This document shows positions 32,468 to 45,780 of a stretch of DNA of 54,750 nucleotides, in pieces. The notes below the pieces were generated by a model. That model was not told the origin of the DNA, made no database searches, and worked only from the letters and a program-made list of their open reading frames with translations. Where the stretch lies: positions 6,336,606 to 6,391,355 of the forward strand of contig NC_068991.1 of the NCBI RefSeq assembly GCF_001194135.2, read 5' to 3'. Position numbers and translations under genes: made by a program. Origin of the DNA: Octopus bimaculoides (Eukaryota). Numbering within the stretch: position 1 is the stretch's first letter; each line of letters starts with the position of its first letter.

Positions 32468-33009
32468 TTAAGGAAGGGGCTTCTTCTCCCAGCTGTTGTT
32501 GATTTTGGATTGTCATCAATGCTTCTGTAACTTTGTTTTTTTCTAGGTAGCAGTTGTGGCCCTACATAAAACTGTTTTTACCTTTAGGAAGAGAAGAGGT
32601 GATCCATATTAGCCTGGTTTTTATCCTTCAACCTGTCCAACATGGGAGGCACCACCAGGCGCTTGCATTTTGCTGGCATAGCACTAAGGGACACTGAAGC
32701 ATACAAACCCCAACACCTCAAAAATGACTCATATTGCCACAAAAGCATTGTTCACAAGGAAGCTAAATAGCTTTCAAATTCCAAATTCTTGTAATGTTAC
32801 GACTTTTTACTTTCCTTTTAAACAATGCTTTTGGTTGGAATGTCTATGAAAAATTATATGTTCACTGCAATCACCTCGTTAACCTAAATAGGCTTGTCCC
32901 CGTTCGTAACATCACCAGTGTTGTTGATTAGATTTCAGGCATAATTACAACATTCATTTTCAGTTTTGATGTGGAAGCATCTGCATGTTGCTAAATACTT
33001 GATGTCGTT

Positions 33010-33140
33010 ATTGCCACCACCGCTGCCACCACTGCTGCCACCACCGTTGCCACCACCACTGCCGCTGCTACTGCCACTACCACCTCTGCTGCCACTGCCA
33101 CCTTCACCACCACCACCACCACCACCACCGCCGCCGCCGA
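33010..33140 (+). repeat. (CCA/CTG/CCG)n trinucleotide microsatellite
   Basis: Imperfect triplet run. Confidence 0.9.
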
Positions 33141-34019
33141 CACATACATCTCACTTATGCACATGTACAGATACACTAAGATATGTAGGTTTGTACACAC
33201 ACACATGGCAGGATTTTCAGTCTTGTATACACACACATGCATGTGTATGTATATATATATATATATATATATATNNNNNNNNNNNNNNNNNNNNNNNNNN
33301 NNNNNNNNNNNNNNNNNNNNNNNNNNNNNNNNNNNNNNNNNNNNNNNNNNNNNNNNNNNNNNNNNNNNNNNNNNNNNNNNNNNNNNNNNNNNNNNNNNNN
33401 NNNNNNNNNNNNNNNNNNNNNNNNNNNNNNNNNNNNNNNNNNNNNNNNNNNNNNNNNNNNNNNNNNNNNNNNNNNNNNNNNNNNNNNNNNNNCAACATGT
33501 ACACCAGACTTCATGCAGCTTCTGTCCACCAACTTTATTCCCAAGGCATAGATCAGCTCAGGGCTGAACCTGAAATCCTGCATTTGAGAAATGAGCTGTT
33601 AATTGCACAGCCCTAACTGCATCCATATCTTAATTAATTAATGAAGGAAGGATATTTGGTGAGGGAAGCAATTTTTAATTTTAATGGCTTAGCCAGCAGA
33701 GGAGTGGTACTCCTAATTATTTTGCAGGGCCATTGAGATTGTTGGGGTGAAGATGGGTGAAAAGCATCACTAGAGTGATTATCTTTAAACCAGAGACCAG
33801 GTCCCCTCAGTCACTTGACTATGTTGGTAGTGTAATTATTAGTGGGAGTGTTAAAATAACTGTAACATTGTGTCTAGATTGAGCAGTGTAAGGGGAAGAA
33901 TACTGAGTTGCTGCTATTGTTAAATATCCAACAACAACTTTCACTTTAGAGTGAAACTATCAAACTGCGTCTGTAGAGAAACATGGACAGGGAAGAGAAG
34001 AAATTTGAAGCATATATTT

Positions 34020-34250
34020 ATTTCTTTATTGCCCACAGGGGGCTAAACATAGAGGAGACAAACAAGGACAGAGAAAAGGATTGAGTCAATTACATCGACC
34101 CTAATGCGTAACTGGTACTTAATTTATCGACCCCGAAAGGATGAAAGGCAAAGTCGACCTTGGCGGAATTTGAACTCAGAACATAACAGCAGATGAAATA
34201 CCGCTAAGCATTTCGCCTTGCATGCTATCGTTCCTGTCAACTTGCTGCCT
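34020..34250 (-). mobile_element. SINE family B
   Basis: Near-consensus full copy. Confidence 0.85.
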
Positions 34251-34797
34251 TATTTGTAGCATATGTTGATTGTATAATAGGTGTTTATAAGTCAGACAGA
34301 GACAAAATGTTTGGGGGCATTTCTTTTGGCTCTTAACTTTCTGGGATTGATGTTGTCTTCTGTCTTTTCAGGGTTGATAAAATACATACTAGTTGAACAC
34401 TGGGGTTGATGTAAGTTGAGAATAGTTTAAAGGATTTAAGTGAAATAAGGTATTTAAAAATTTACACAGATAGATGAGACAACACAGAAAAGAAATTCCT
34501 GTAAATCTGTTTAATATACATCTGCAAACCTATTATTTTTTTTTTGAGCCCTAGGATTCAAAAGACCAGTTACTTAGTTTCCATGGTGTATAAATGAATG
34601 AGATCACAGTATATTGCTTCAATGGGATACTAATCCATTGTTGGGTTCAAGGCCAACAATTTGGGAAGAAGGGATATAGTTGATTACATTGATCCCAATC
34701 AACAGAGAGAAGTTACAACTTAACAAAATCTCCAAGTGGTTCAAATGCATAAGTCTCTAAAAGGTATCAGCAGAAGGGGTCATGACCTGGATATGGC

Positions 34798-34963
34798 CAG
34801 GACTGGCTCAAGGTACTGGCAACTCGGGCAGTCGCTGGGAATGCCATGTGCTAGGGGGCACCGAGGAGGGCATGACAAAGACAAGGAAATTTCCATGACC
34901 GTCAGATTGTACATGCCAAAGTTCAACTTGCCTGGGGCACCAGCAACCCTAGGGTTGGCCCTG
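34798..34963. mobile_element. hAT-like MITE, 166 bp, decayed TIRs and 8-bp TSD
   Basis: CAGG termini; TIRs match 10/16 and are reconcilable to CAGGGCCGGCCC by transitions; flanks GATATGGC / AATGTGGC (6/8). Confidence 0.6.
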
Positions 34964-35871
34964 AATGTGGCCCAGCCCCCTTAGAGTGTAAAAAGATAAA
35001 AGCTGAAACATTTGTCCAAGCAGGGTTTCTTCTCTGAAGACTTTCTGCTGTTCAGCTCTCTTGAGATTTTCTTACCGCTATTGACCCTGAATTGATGATA
35101 GGCAAAACTAACCTCAGCAGTATTTTGAACTCAGAATATAAAAAGCTGGAAGAAATACTGATAAATATTTTGTCCAATTCTGCCAGCTCACCCTTAGCTT
35201 TTATAGTGTTTATTTTAAAAGCTTAATATCTCACAGAAACCTTCATGCTAGCTGCATTTTGCTGTAATCAGAATTTGACCTCACAGCAAGTCAGTCCATA
35301 AATACTTTAAAAAATGATCAATTTCTGTAACACGTACACACTTCTTTAAAGTCTGTGCTATTTTTACACCATTTACATAAGTTGCCATCACCTCTGTATT
35401 TGAAACTGATAAGGATTAGAGAAGCTGGTGTTGCAACTAACCTTGTGAGGAATTATATATATATATATATATATCTTAACCTTGTGAAAATTTATAAATA
35501 ACTTCAACAACATCTATATATTTTGCTGTAAATTCCCCATTGCTTAAGCATTGCTCACATGCATTAATACAATATTGCAATATATTATGGTTATAATAGA
35601 CATTCATTTCATTCTTGACTTACAAAAAAGATTACTATCTTTGCCAGGCTTTCTGTTTGTTAATTTTAACATTTTTAATCAAGAGAATAAAATAACTTTT
35701 GCAGTAGTTATTCAGCCTGCTGTTCCGTCTGCTACTTATTCAAATCTATAACAATCTTCTGCTATATTCTTTGCTTTATAACTACTGAATGAAACAGAAG
35801 ACTGAAGTCCATTCTATACGCAACGCTTATATTATTTATAAAACAATTGGCAAAGGTGCAAAGCCTAGTGG

Positions 35872-35895
35872 TTAGGGTTAGGGTTAGGGTTAGGG
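35872..35895 (+). repeat. Interstitial telomeric repeat (TTAGGG)4
   Basis: Four perfect units inside a SINE-like head. Confidence 0.9.
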
Positions 35896-36329
35896 TGTTG
35901 TACTCGTGATCACAAGATTATGGTCGTGAATCTTGGATTCTTCGTTTCACATTGCTCCAGGTACCTCTACTGTAAGTGAATAACCTCATGACAAACTGGC
36001 ATCTGTTTCAAGGGAAATATTGTGATTTTGGTCATTTCTATGCCATGGAAACCAGCTAACCAGCCCTTAGGACTCATAACAGTAATGTCCAGGGGTTGAT
36101 GATGATGATGATTGCTTAAAGTATTTTCTGTACAGATTATTCTTTTACACATTTTCATTAATTTTAATAACATTGTCACAACAAAGAAAACCCGTTTGGA
36201 TAGGAAATGTTGAAAACAGCTGTCGATTTATTCTGTTCAAAAGAGTTTTTCAACTCAACATTTACAAGCTGTTATTTATAGCTTAATATATATACTTTAA
36301 GAACCATTTTCCCCAGCAAAAAAGAACAT

Positions 36330-36540
36330 GTATGTCTGTCTGCATGCATGTATGTATGCATGCATGTATGTATACATGTATGTATGCATGTATGTATGTA
36401 TGCATGCATGCATGCATGTATGTATGCATGTATGTATATAAGCATGCATGTATGTATGTATGTATGTATGTATGTATGCATGCAAGTATGTATGTATGTA
36501 TGTATGTATGCATGTATGTATGTATATATGTATGTATGCC
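36330..36540 (+). repeat. (TGTA/TGCA)n microsatellite
   Basis: Direct; similar tracts at 13290-13360, 13725-13860, 27590-27680 and 30535-30630. Confidence 0.95.
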
Positions 36541-36945
36541 CTGGGTATGGCTTTAAACTGCATCTAGTAATAGGGCCCTCATTCAGGAGTTCCAAGGTTT
36601 TGAGGTGTGTAGAGCCCCCTCTGATCCACTGTTGATCACTATTAAACATGGAGAGCCCTGGGTAAGACTTTAAACTGAATCTGGTATCGGGGTCTTGATA
36701 TGGGAATTCTAGGGTTTTGAGTGTGTGGAGCCACCACTTAGCCACTATTATTCCCAGGTCCACTCTGACCCAGAGTGGTAGCACTTGTTAGGGTCCCAGC
36801 GATGGGTTAATTAGTAGATGTGATGAAAATTCATCTGAGCATGAGGATGGTGTCAGGGTACACGAGTGAGGGACTCCTTGCTGTTATCACAGCATAACCT
36901 GCAGTTTCATGTGATTACTGGTCATCTCACTTCAGCCTATCACTA

Positions 36946-37056
36946 GGTACTAATCATGGACGCTCAGTGGTACTAATCATGGACACTCAGAGGTACTAAT
37001 CATGGACACTCAGAGGTACTAATCATGGACGCTCAGTGGTACTAATTATGGATACT
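36946..37056 (+). repeat. 23-bp minisatellite (GGTACTAATCATGGACRCTCAGW)x4 plus a partial unit
   Basis: Counted directly. Confidence 0.95.
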
Positions 37057-37236
37057 TGTGTTTTACAAGTGTTTATCATGGTAAACTAATGATCTACAGT
37101 TGTTTCTTTACAGTGACCTTATATGTCATACTAATTGGTGCAGTTGAAACATGTGTAGGTCTATGTAAAGTTGTATATATATTAAAAGAATTAAAGGTAA
37201 TGCTATGCAACTTCATCATAATCCTTATTGTTATCA

Positions 37237-37291
<55 letters not shown>

Positions 37292-38129
37292 TATAAATAC
37301 AGCTTAAAATCCACCCTATCAGGCTATCCCCTGTGGAGGGCTCTTCATTAGCCCTTGGGCCCAACAATGACACTTCATGGATCAAATTTTATTAAACTTG
37401 ACCAATATTTTTCAAGCAATGAACAATTTTCATCAAAACAATGATATAATTTGTTGACTGGGAACTTATTGCAAAGCTGCATGATAAACAACAGTATCAC
37501 CACCATCACTTCCACATCTGCCATACGCACCATTCAGACTTCTGACGCCACCGCCATCAATACCTTTGACTTCGCCGCCTTCCCCTCCACCACTATCATC
37601 ACTGTCTTTTACATCACTTACTCTCACCGTCATCCTTGACCGCTTCGGCTACCACTACGACCATCATCACCACCACCTCTGCCTCTATTACAACTATAGC
37701 TCATGCTATTACTATCACCCCATTACCATCACAAAAAGGCTAAATGTGTGTGTAAAAAGATTGTGTTCAGTATGTTAGTTCAGTGTTCAGTCCCTCTTTC
37801 TGTCACACACCCACTCTTTCTCTCTTTCTTATTATTACTCCCACTGTCACCATCAACACTATTACTTTTAATAAAAACATCATCAACTCTCCCTAAATTT
37901 CTTTGTCTCTCTCTTTTTCTTGCTCTTTCTCTCTGTCTGTCTTTGCGACCACCCTCAGCATCTCTATGCCTGCTATTACTCTCATCCCAACATGAGCAAT
38001 AGTAGAAATGTCAATGAATAGTGATAGAGTGGTTTGAAGTATGACACACCGACACACAGAAATTAGTTTTTGCATTTTTTATATTAGATATATACATATA
38101 TGTATGTGTGTGTATGTATATAAATATCA

Positions 38130-38385
38130 GGTAAAGACCCCCTTTGGTCATAAATAACCATAGGATTGCACCAAGAAGGTTCCCCTCTGAGGCATGTGTC
38201 TGGGCAAGGATGTTTATGGAAGACCAGCAGTTACCCATGCACACCAGCCTCCCCACTCCATGCCACAAATGTTATTGAAAGGAAAGGCAAAGGAACCGAT
38301 ACAGCTTGGCACCTGTGACATTACAACACATTTCCACGGCTGAGTGAACTGGAGCAACATAAAATAAAGTGTCTTGCTCAAGAAT
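38130..38385. mobile_element. Interspersed repeat family F
   Basis: Homologous to 49415-49650 over about 240 bp. Confidence 0.75.
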
Positions 38386-40856
38386 ACTTACAGTTTGTGG
38401 GTGAAGATGGGGAATCCTTCATGCATACTAACTTGTCAGTAAAAACACTTGAGCCTTGTTATAATGGTATGCTGCCTTTTAAGAATGTCTCTCTCTATCC
38501 GATGATAGGTTGGAGATTCTTCCACTGATACATGTAACCAGGTTTCTGATTACAGCTGGAGGGTGGTTGGAATATTCATGAATGTAGATTGTTTACTCAT
38601 TGGGTTTTCTGTAGGGGTAGTATATACTTGTCTCAAGATAGGGTAAATAACTTCCATGTCTAAGGGTAAAATCCAGGAAGGTCAACTTTTGGATTATAAA
38701 CGTATAGATGCTTATAATTTGTATAAATATTAATTTCTTTAATCATCATTATCATCGTTGTCGTTGTTGTTGTGTTGATGTTGTCATCATCATCATTGTC
38801 ATCATCATCATCATTGTCATCATCATCATCATCAGCAGCATCATTTAATGTCGGCTTCAAAGCTGGCAAGGATTGGATGGTTTGACCGAGGTTTGATGAG
38901 CTGCACAGTTGCGTAGAGCTCCAGTGTCATCTTTGGCATGGTTTCTAAAGCTGGATGCCCTTCCTAACACCAGCTACTTTACAGATTGTACTGGTTGCTT
39001 TTTTTGTGTCACCAACACTAGTGAGGTTGCCATGTAATTTGTAAGACTGAAAAGAATAGTAAACAAAGGAAGGGGGAAAAACTCCCAAAACTAAGCGGAA
39101 GTATTTGGGAGGGGAAGGTGGGTGGTTTTATGCCAGGTGTAGAAAAGCTAAAGTATGATAGAGGGACAAGCACAGAGGCTTTGCTATAGAGGAGATACAT
39201 GACAGGAGGAGATAAAGGTAAGTAGCGATGGGGTGCAAGAGCAAACTCTTAAAGTACAAGAATGTGAGTATATAAAAGAGGATATGGACAGTGGGCAATG
39301 CTCAGGGATGAGAGAGTGTGTGGATGCTTTCATAGGAGTGTTAGGGGTGAGTAAACAGGTGGAGGTAGAAGTTAATGTAGTGAGTGATGAGCAAGGGTGG
39401 CGATTGCAGACAATGGGAAATACTTGTAAATGGAGGGGTAAGGTGGGAGATACAGGAGTGGCTCAGAAAGGAGGATAGAACAGAGAGTAAAGATCTGATT
39501 TAATTATTTTAGGAGGCAGTACTCATTTCTTTGACAAATAATGAATATATTGTATTACAATAACTCATTTTATCAACCCTAGAATGAAAATATCATTCAT
39601 CTGATTATTGATTAAATGACTGTAGAGGCCTTATGGCAATATACACTTCATAAGGAGCACGACTACATCATTGTTCACTCTTTGTCAGCATACGTGATGT
39701 CTAATTTGTTACCCACATGTTGATGAAACAATTGTAAACAATGCAATGAATTAATACCAACAACTCCAGTCTTCACTTGTTGGTCATACTGAGTAACAGT
39801 AATAAACCTTCTGGATTTTCTGTTTGTTTGAAACCAATATTCCTACAGCAGAAACTTAACTTTCCTCTATACAATTTCAGATAGACACCACTCATGTGAG
39901 TACTGCCTCAGGTAAATGTCTCGATTATCTGATCCCTTCTCACTGGATATATACATACACATATACACACATACATGCATACATGCATACACATACATGC
40001 ATACATACATATGTATGTATATCATCATTATCATTTAATATCCACTTTTAATATATACATATAAATATCTATATCTATATCTATATATCTATATATATAT
40101 ACAAAGTATGGGGGTTTAGTTCACAGGTGATCTAAATGATTAGGTACGCTGGATTCTCTGGTGGCAGAATATCCCATACTCGGGGATATCTCAGAAACAG
40201 GTGTAAGACTTTGAATTTTTTCCAGTAATAATATATATGACTTGAGTTGTTTGCCTTGCCTTGACATTTGTTGCCCTGTTTAACAATTATATGTGTATAT
40301 ATATATATATATATGTGTATATATATACACACACAAAAATATATATACATGCTTGCACACACACACTTATGGAATTGTATGTAAAAATACCTCATTCATA
40401 TTTAGGTGCTAATATGTACAAGCATATATGGAACATGGCAAGGTATATATTCAATTTGAGGAACCCTGTTCAATTCAATTCTACACTGTTTCAATCTATT
40501 TTAGTTTTTTACACTATAAATGTGTGTGTGTGTGTATCTAATATATAAATACACAATCATTTAAACATATGCATCTTATTTTTTATAAAAAAAAGGCTGA
40601 GCTATTCAAGTACACCTTAATATTTGTAGCACACCCAGTTGTTGTACTTATGTTCTGCTAGAGTTATGATATATTTTTATATATAACATATATATGTGAC
40701 CAAATAAATGTTGATGAACATTTGACTTTTATTGTAGTTTAAGTACATATTCATGGAAACTTTAAGAAGAAATAAAAGAAAATAAAGAAAATATTTGTAA
40801 GAAAGATGGTTAATCATTAGTAAAAAGTTTTGCTAGTTTAGTAAAAGTGAACTCAC

Positions 40857-40888
40857 CAATGTAGCTCTGATCCGTGTCCAATGGAGTC
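40857..40888 (-). other. Candidate 32-nt orphan exon (possible DHRS7 5'UTR exon)
   Basis: tcttcttttctttcacag acceptor and TTG|GTGAGT donor; no ATG. Confidence 0.35.
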
Positions 40889-41814
40889 CTGTGAAAGAAA
40901 AGAAGATAGGCTTACTTGCCAACTGTAGCTATAACTGATCAATATTCATGTATTTTAATTTAGAGGTTGTATCTGATATGTCAGCATCACATAAGTGGCA
41001 TCTGCTGACACCCAAACTGATCAGCAATCAAATTGTTTATATCCAGATAATCCGAAGCAGGTAAAACAGCCTACAACCTTTGTAAAGGTCGTGTTTGCAG
41101 AGACAACCAGACTTTATTACAAAACTGTGGATGTCGTTAGCATAAGGACTTAGTGTTAAGAAAAACAAAAAATTAATTTTCGTTTAGTTTAGTTTACTAA
41201 TTTAATTTTAAAATAATTTATTTGGGCAACAATAAAGGAGAAATGAAAAAAAAATTGACTCCTCTGATTTGATTCAAAAATAATAATAATAATAATAATA
41301 AAATCATGCTAACATGTGTTAAGAGGATTAGATTTATTCAACATTTGGGACTAACATTTGACACACCCATCCCAGAGTAGCATAAACAATTTTAAAGGAT
41401 TAATCCCTATATTTTAAGCTTATTTTAAGTTTGTAATATTTATGCAAAGCAAATGAAAACAGATGATACATGATGATGAAAAAATATCTGTTTTGAAATA
41501 ATTTTAGATCAAAATAACTTTAATTATTCACCTTTAACTACATTCTCTTTCCTTTCATGTTGTATATTGCTATAAACCTAAAATCCATTGGTGAATGAAT
41601 CAAATATGATTCAAACCAACTAAAAGCAGTCTCCCAGATCATGAATCATCTCAGATTTATGACGTGATCTGAAAATATTTTTTTTACCTTTTACTCAAAA
41701 GGTTATATTTTACAAATATTGACTTGTTTTGACTTCCACATAAACATTAACAGGTGAAAGGGTTCACACTTTTCTCTCATAAATTCAAATTTTTATTCCA
41801 ACACACCTTTACTA

Positions 41815-42215
41815 TTTTACTTGTTTCAGTCATTTGACTGTGGCCATGTTGGAGCACCGCCTTTAGTCGAGGAAATCGACTCCAGGACTTATTCTTTGAA
41901 AGCCTACTGCTTATTCTATCGGTCTCTTTTGCCGAACCGCTAAGTTACGGGGACGTAAACACACCAGCATCGGTTGTCAAGCGATGTTGGGGGGGGGGGG
42001 ACAAACACAGACACACAAATATATACACACACATAGATATATATACATATATATGACGGGCTTCTTTCAGTTTCCTTCTACCAAATCCACTCACAAGGCT
42101 TTGGTTGGCCTGAGGCTATAGTAGAAGACACTTGCCCAAGGTACCACACAGTGGGAATGAACCCGGAACCATGTGGGTAGTAAGCAAGCTGCTTATCACA
42201 CAGTCACTCCTACGC
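41815..42215 (-). mobile_element. SINE family A
   Basis: Full-length, close to consensus. Confidence 0.87.
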
Positions 42216-43856
42216 CTACCTTATCTAGAATTTAATGCTTTGACTACCCAGCCAATTTTTCACCATATTTTCTTTTGCACCAGTGGCCTAATTATGTAAT
42301 GAATTATTTATTTTTTAAAAAATTTTAAAACCAGATATATATTCTGTTTCACTATATAAGCTACCATATTGATTTATAGCATCGGTATCACTGCTGACTC
42401 CCACAATACAGAACAAATATATTCCTTTTGTACTGCAGGAGTCATTGGTGCTACACATGGTAGACCAAGGGTTAAAATATCCCTAATATCTCCCATCTTT
42501 TTATGGATTTTTTTTTCATTTATTTATTATTTTTTTCCTACAGATTATATTTCAGATTATATTATGTAGGTCTTTCCCACCCTCCCCAACTTATCTGCAC
42601 ACAGTATGTCTCTGTTGGATCTCTTCCCTACCGCATACACTCTTAAAGCCCCACCTCCCTCTATTTGCATCCACCCACTATATTCCTTCCTCTCCACTTC
42701 CCATTACACCCTCATGAATTTACTCCCCCTCTCACCCTATGCAATCCTTCATTCCACTTCACTTACATGCACCTCTCTGCAAACTTGAGTGTATCTCAGC
42801 CTCTGTCACATCTTCCCCATCTTCTCTTTCTCTTCTCTCTCTCTCACTGGGGTTGTCATATATCTCCTCTACAGCAAGATACCCATTTCTGTTTCTCTAT
42901 TCATACCCTAACCTCTCATCACCTGGTATAAAATCACTTCCCTGAAGACTCCTCTCCACTCAGTTGAGAAGTCTTGTCTTGTAAGTTATTCGGTGACCTC
43001 ACTGCTGCTGGCGCCGTATGAAAAAACACCCATTACACTCTGTAAAGTGATTAGCATCCAGCTGTAGAAACCATGCCAAATCAGACTGGAGCCTGGTGTA
43101 GCACCCCACAGCTTGCCATCTCTGGTCAACCAGTCCAACCCATGCCAGCATGGACAATGGATGTTTGATGATGATGATGATGATGATAATTCTAGTGATA
43201 TATTGCAATTGTATTACAATAAAGCAAAAAACAGCATTATTTTACTTATCAAAAACATGTTTCTTTACTGTAGCCCCTCCAACTCTATATATACCCAGGT
43301 CTTTCGCCACTTACCCACACTCTTTAATCTCACTCCCACTTAGATTACGGCATTTGAACCTCAAGGGTATGCCCTGCACTTGCCACCATCTACATACCTC
43401 TCTTCCTTTACTCAGCAATCTCATTTATATTCTGACCCCTGCTCCTTGTGAGTCTGCCCGGCATTTTGCCACCACCTCTATCCTGCTTGTCTCCCACTCT
43501 CTCTTCTTCTCCTGCACTTCCTTCAGGTTGGGTCTCCGTGCATTTCCTTTGCAGTAGCACACCTGTTTCTGTCTTCATTTCGGATCTTTCTCTCTCTCTC
43601 TCCAGCTGGATAACCTTATACTTCCTCTACAGCAAGACACCTGTATCTGTCTCACTATAACCTTTTCATCATCATATCCTCCAATGCCTCTTTTCCTCAG
43701 AAGTTTTTTTTTTAATGTCTTGCATGTACTTGGTGACCCTGTCAGTGCAGGAGCCACCTTTATTGCTACTCAACACAATCTTTTGCCTTTATCTTATCCA
43801 TCCCCACTTTGTTAACCTGTGTGTATGTGCGTTTATATTTTTTTGCTTTGATATCG

Positions 43857-44008
43857 TGGCTGTGTGGTAAGTAGTTTGCCTACCAACCACATGGTTCCGG
43901 GTTCAGTCCCACTGCGTGGCACCTTAGGCAAGTGTCTTCTACTATAGCCTCTGGCCGACCAAAGCCTTGTTAGTGGATTTGGTAGAAAGAAAATGAAAGA
44001 AGCCTATC

Positions 44009-44050
<42 letters not shown>

Positions 44051-44250
44051 CTGTGTGTGTGTATATTTGTCCCCCCAACATTGCTTGACAATCGATGCTG
44101 GTGTGTTTAGGTCCCCGTAACTTAGTGGTTCAGCAAAAGATACCGATAGAATAAGTACTAGGCTTACAAAGAATAAGTCCTGGGGTTCATTTGCTCGACT
44201 AAAGGCAGTGCTCCAGCATGGCCGCAGTCAAATGACAAACAAATAAAAGA
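43857..44250 (+). mobile_element. SINE family A
   Basis: Full-length, close to consensus. Confidence 0.87.
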
Positions 44251-45584
44251 GCATATGATATCATCATCCAAATGATGTCGTTCATTTGCAATCTTCTGTG
44301 AATACAATATCTCACCATTCTGTTATCCGTGTTTGAAGGACTATGGGAACCTTGCATGGAAACAAGTGAGAGTTGGTGATAAGAAGAGCATCTGCCTTAA
44401 TAAATAATATCTGACCCTTGTAAGTATGGAAATGTAGACATTAAAATGATAATGAATGTCTGAAATACAAGCTAGAGTCTAAATGAAGGACTATTGTAAG
44501 TGGAAAATTGGTCAGGGTTAAGGTCTCTAGCAGAAGACACTTGTTCAAGATGCTGCACAGTGGGACTGAACCCAAGACCACATGGTTGGGAAGCAAACTT
44601 CTTAACCACACAGCCATGCCATGAGATCAATAAAACAACAAAAATTATCAGTGTAATTGGAAGACTTTGATTGTTCTCCTTCATTCAATATCTCTATACA
44701 TTTCACAAGTGATTAAAAGAGATAAGAGTTATTTTTAGGTAAAAAAAAAAACAGAAAAAAACCCAGCCTAGGAAATGAAAAAAAAACAAAAAAAAACTCT
44801 AGAATACTTGAGATATTTTGACTAGAAGACCATAATAAAATATTTGTTTCTATTCAGAATAAGACCAATTAACTTAGTTTTTTATGTAATCATTCTGTGA
44901 GTTCAGTGAACTTTATAGGAATGACCAGATGACCAAGTAAAAATACAGAAATGGAAATCAGACTAAAAGAAATCTAGGTAAAGGCTGGGTACTAATGGAG
45001 TCTAATCTTTGCCAATTTATACCAATTTTTTTTTTGTGTTAAGTGCAATGAAATGTTTACATTTTCTAATTGTTGTTTTATTTATTTATTTTCCCAGTGA
45101 ATGGCTATTCAGTGAATGAATATCATTTTATGGGATTTCATAATTATTACTTCCGTTCATCTACCTATGTGAGTCACTAGACTGGTATTTACAGATTCCA
45201 TGGCACAGGCATGCAACCTAAACCACTTGGTCTCAGGATCAGTTCCACTGCAGGGTACCTTGGGTATGTATCTTCAATTGTAACCCCAGCTCAACCAAAA
45301 TAAGCCCATTGTATATATATATATCTATCTTTTTTTATTAAAGCTGCAAGAACATCACAAAAAACTGTGACTCAAAGTTTCACGTTCCTGTTTGTCAGAC
45401 ACAACTGTCCAATGAACAGGAACATGAAACTCTGTTTTTGCAGCTTTAATAAAAAAGCATATTGCTCTACCTACGGTATTCGAGTACCATTTTCCCCACC
45501 TTGTTTTGCCTGTATTAATGTACTGGATTTAAAACTTAATATGTATAAATAATAAAACAAACAAATTAATTTCATTTTATAAAA

Positions 45585-45590
45585 TTTATT
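45585..45590 (-). terminator. COX8 polyadenylation signal
   Basis: AATAAA about 95 nt downstream of the TGA. Confidence 0.55.
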
Positions 45591-45684
45591 ATTATTTTTT
45601 TTTAACACACAAGTCTGCTAAATCACTCTGGCATTTGAGAATCTTTAGTTACTGAAGACAGCCAGGACATGCTGCAAGATATTC

Positions 45685-45780
45685 TCAGTCTTCTTTTCTG
45701 TAATTTTTGAGATTGGATAAAATTATTCCTGAAGGAGTACATACTAATGTCACCATTAGTGCACCAAGAGAAAATTTCTC
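45685..45780 (-). CDS. COX8: COX8 coding exon 2 (31 codons + TGA)
   Basis: EKFSLGALMVTLVCTPSGIILSNLKNYRKED; typical COX8 TM segment. Confidence 0.9.
   Translation of the reverse strand, partial: EKFSLGALMVTLVCTPSGIILSNLKNYRKED

Noticed and set aside
32966-33616. Proline-rich 216-aa ORF (formin/extensin-like)
   Set aside because: Translation of a trinucleotide microsatellite plus (TA)n and a gap; no splice or domain support.
36272-36784. MYVC/HTYI-repeat ORFs (also 13066-13951, 27327-27725 5' part, 30459-30698)
   Set aside because: Translations of (TGTA)n/(CA)n microsatellites.
28501-39911. Possible plus-strand micro-exons (donor AAG|GTAAGT at 28541/28542; 31403-31414; acceptor near 32546; 39881-39911)
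   Set aside because: No phase-consistent, recognisable protein results, and such signals occur by chance in AT-rich DNA. Only RNA-seq could rescue them as an antisense transcript.
40889-40915. GTAAG...CAG 27-nt 'intron' upstream of the orphan exon
   Set aside because: Too short for normal spliceosomal excision.
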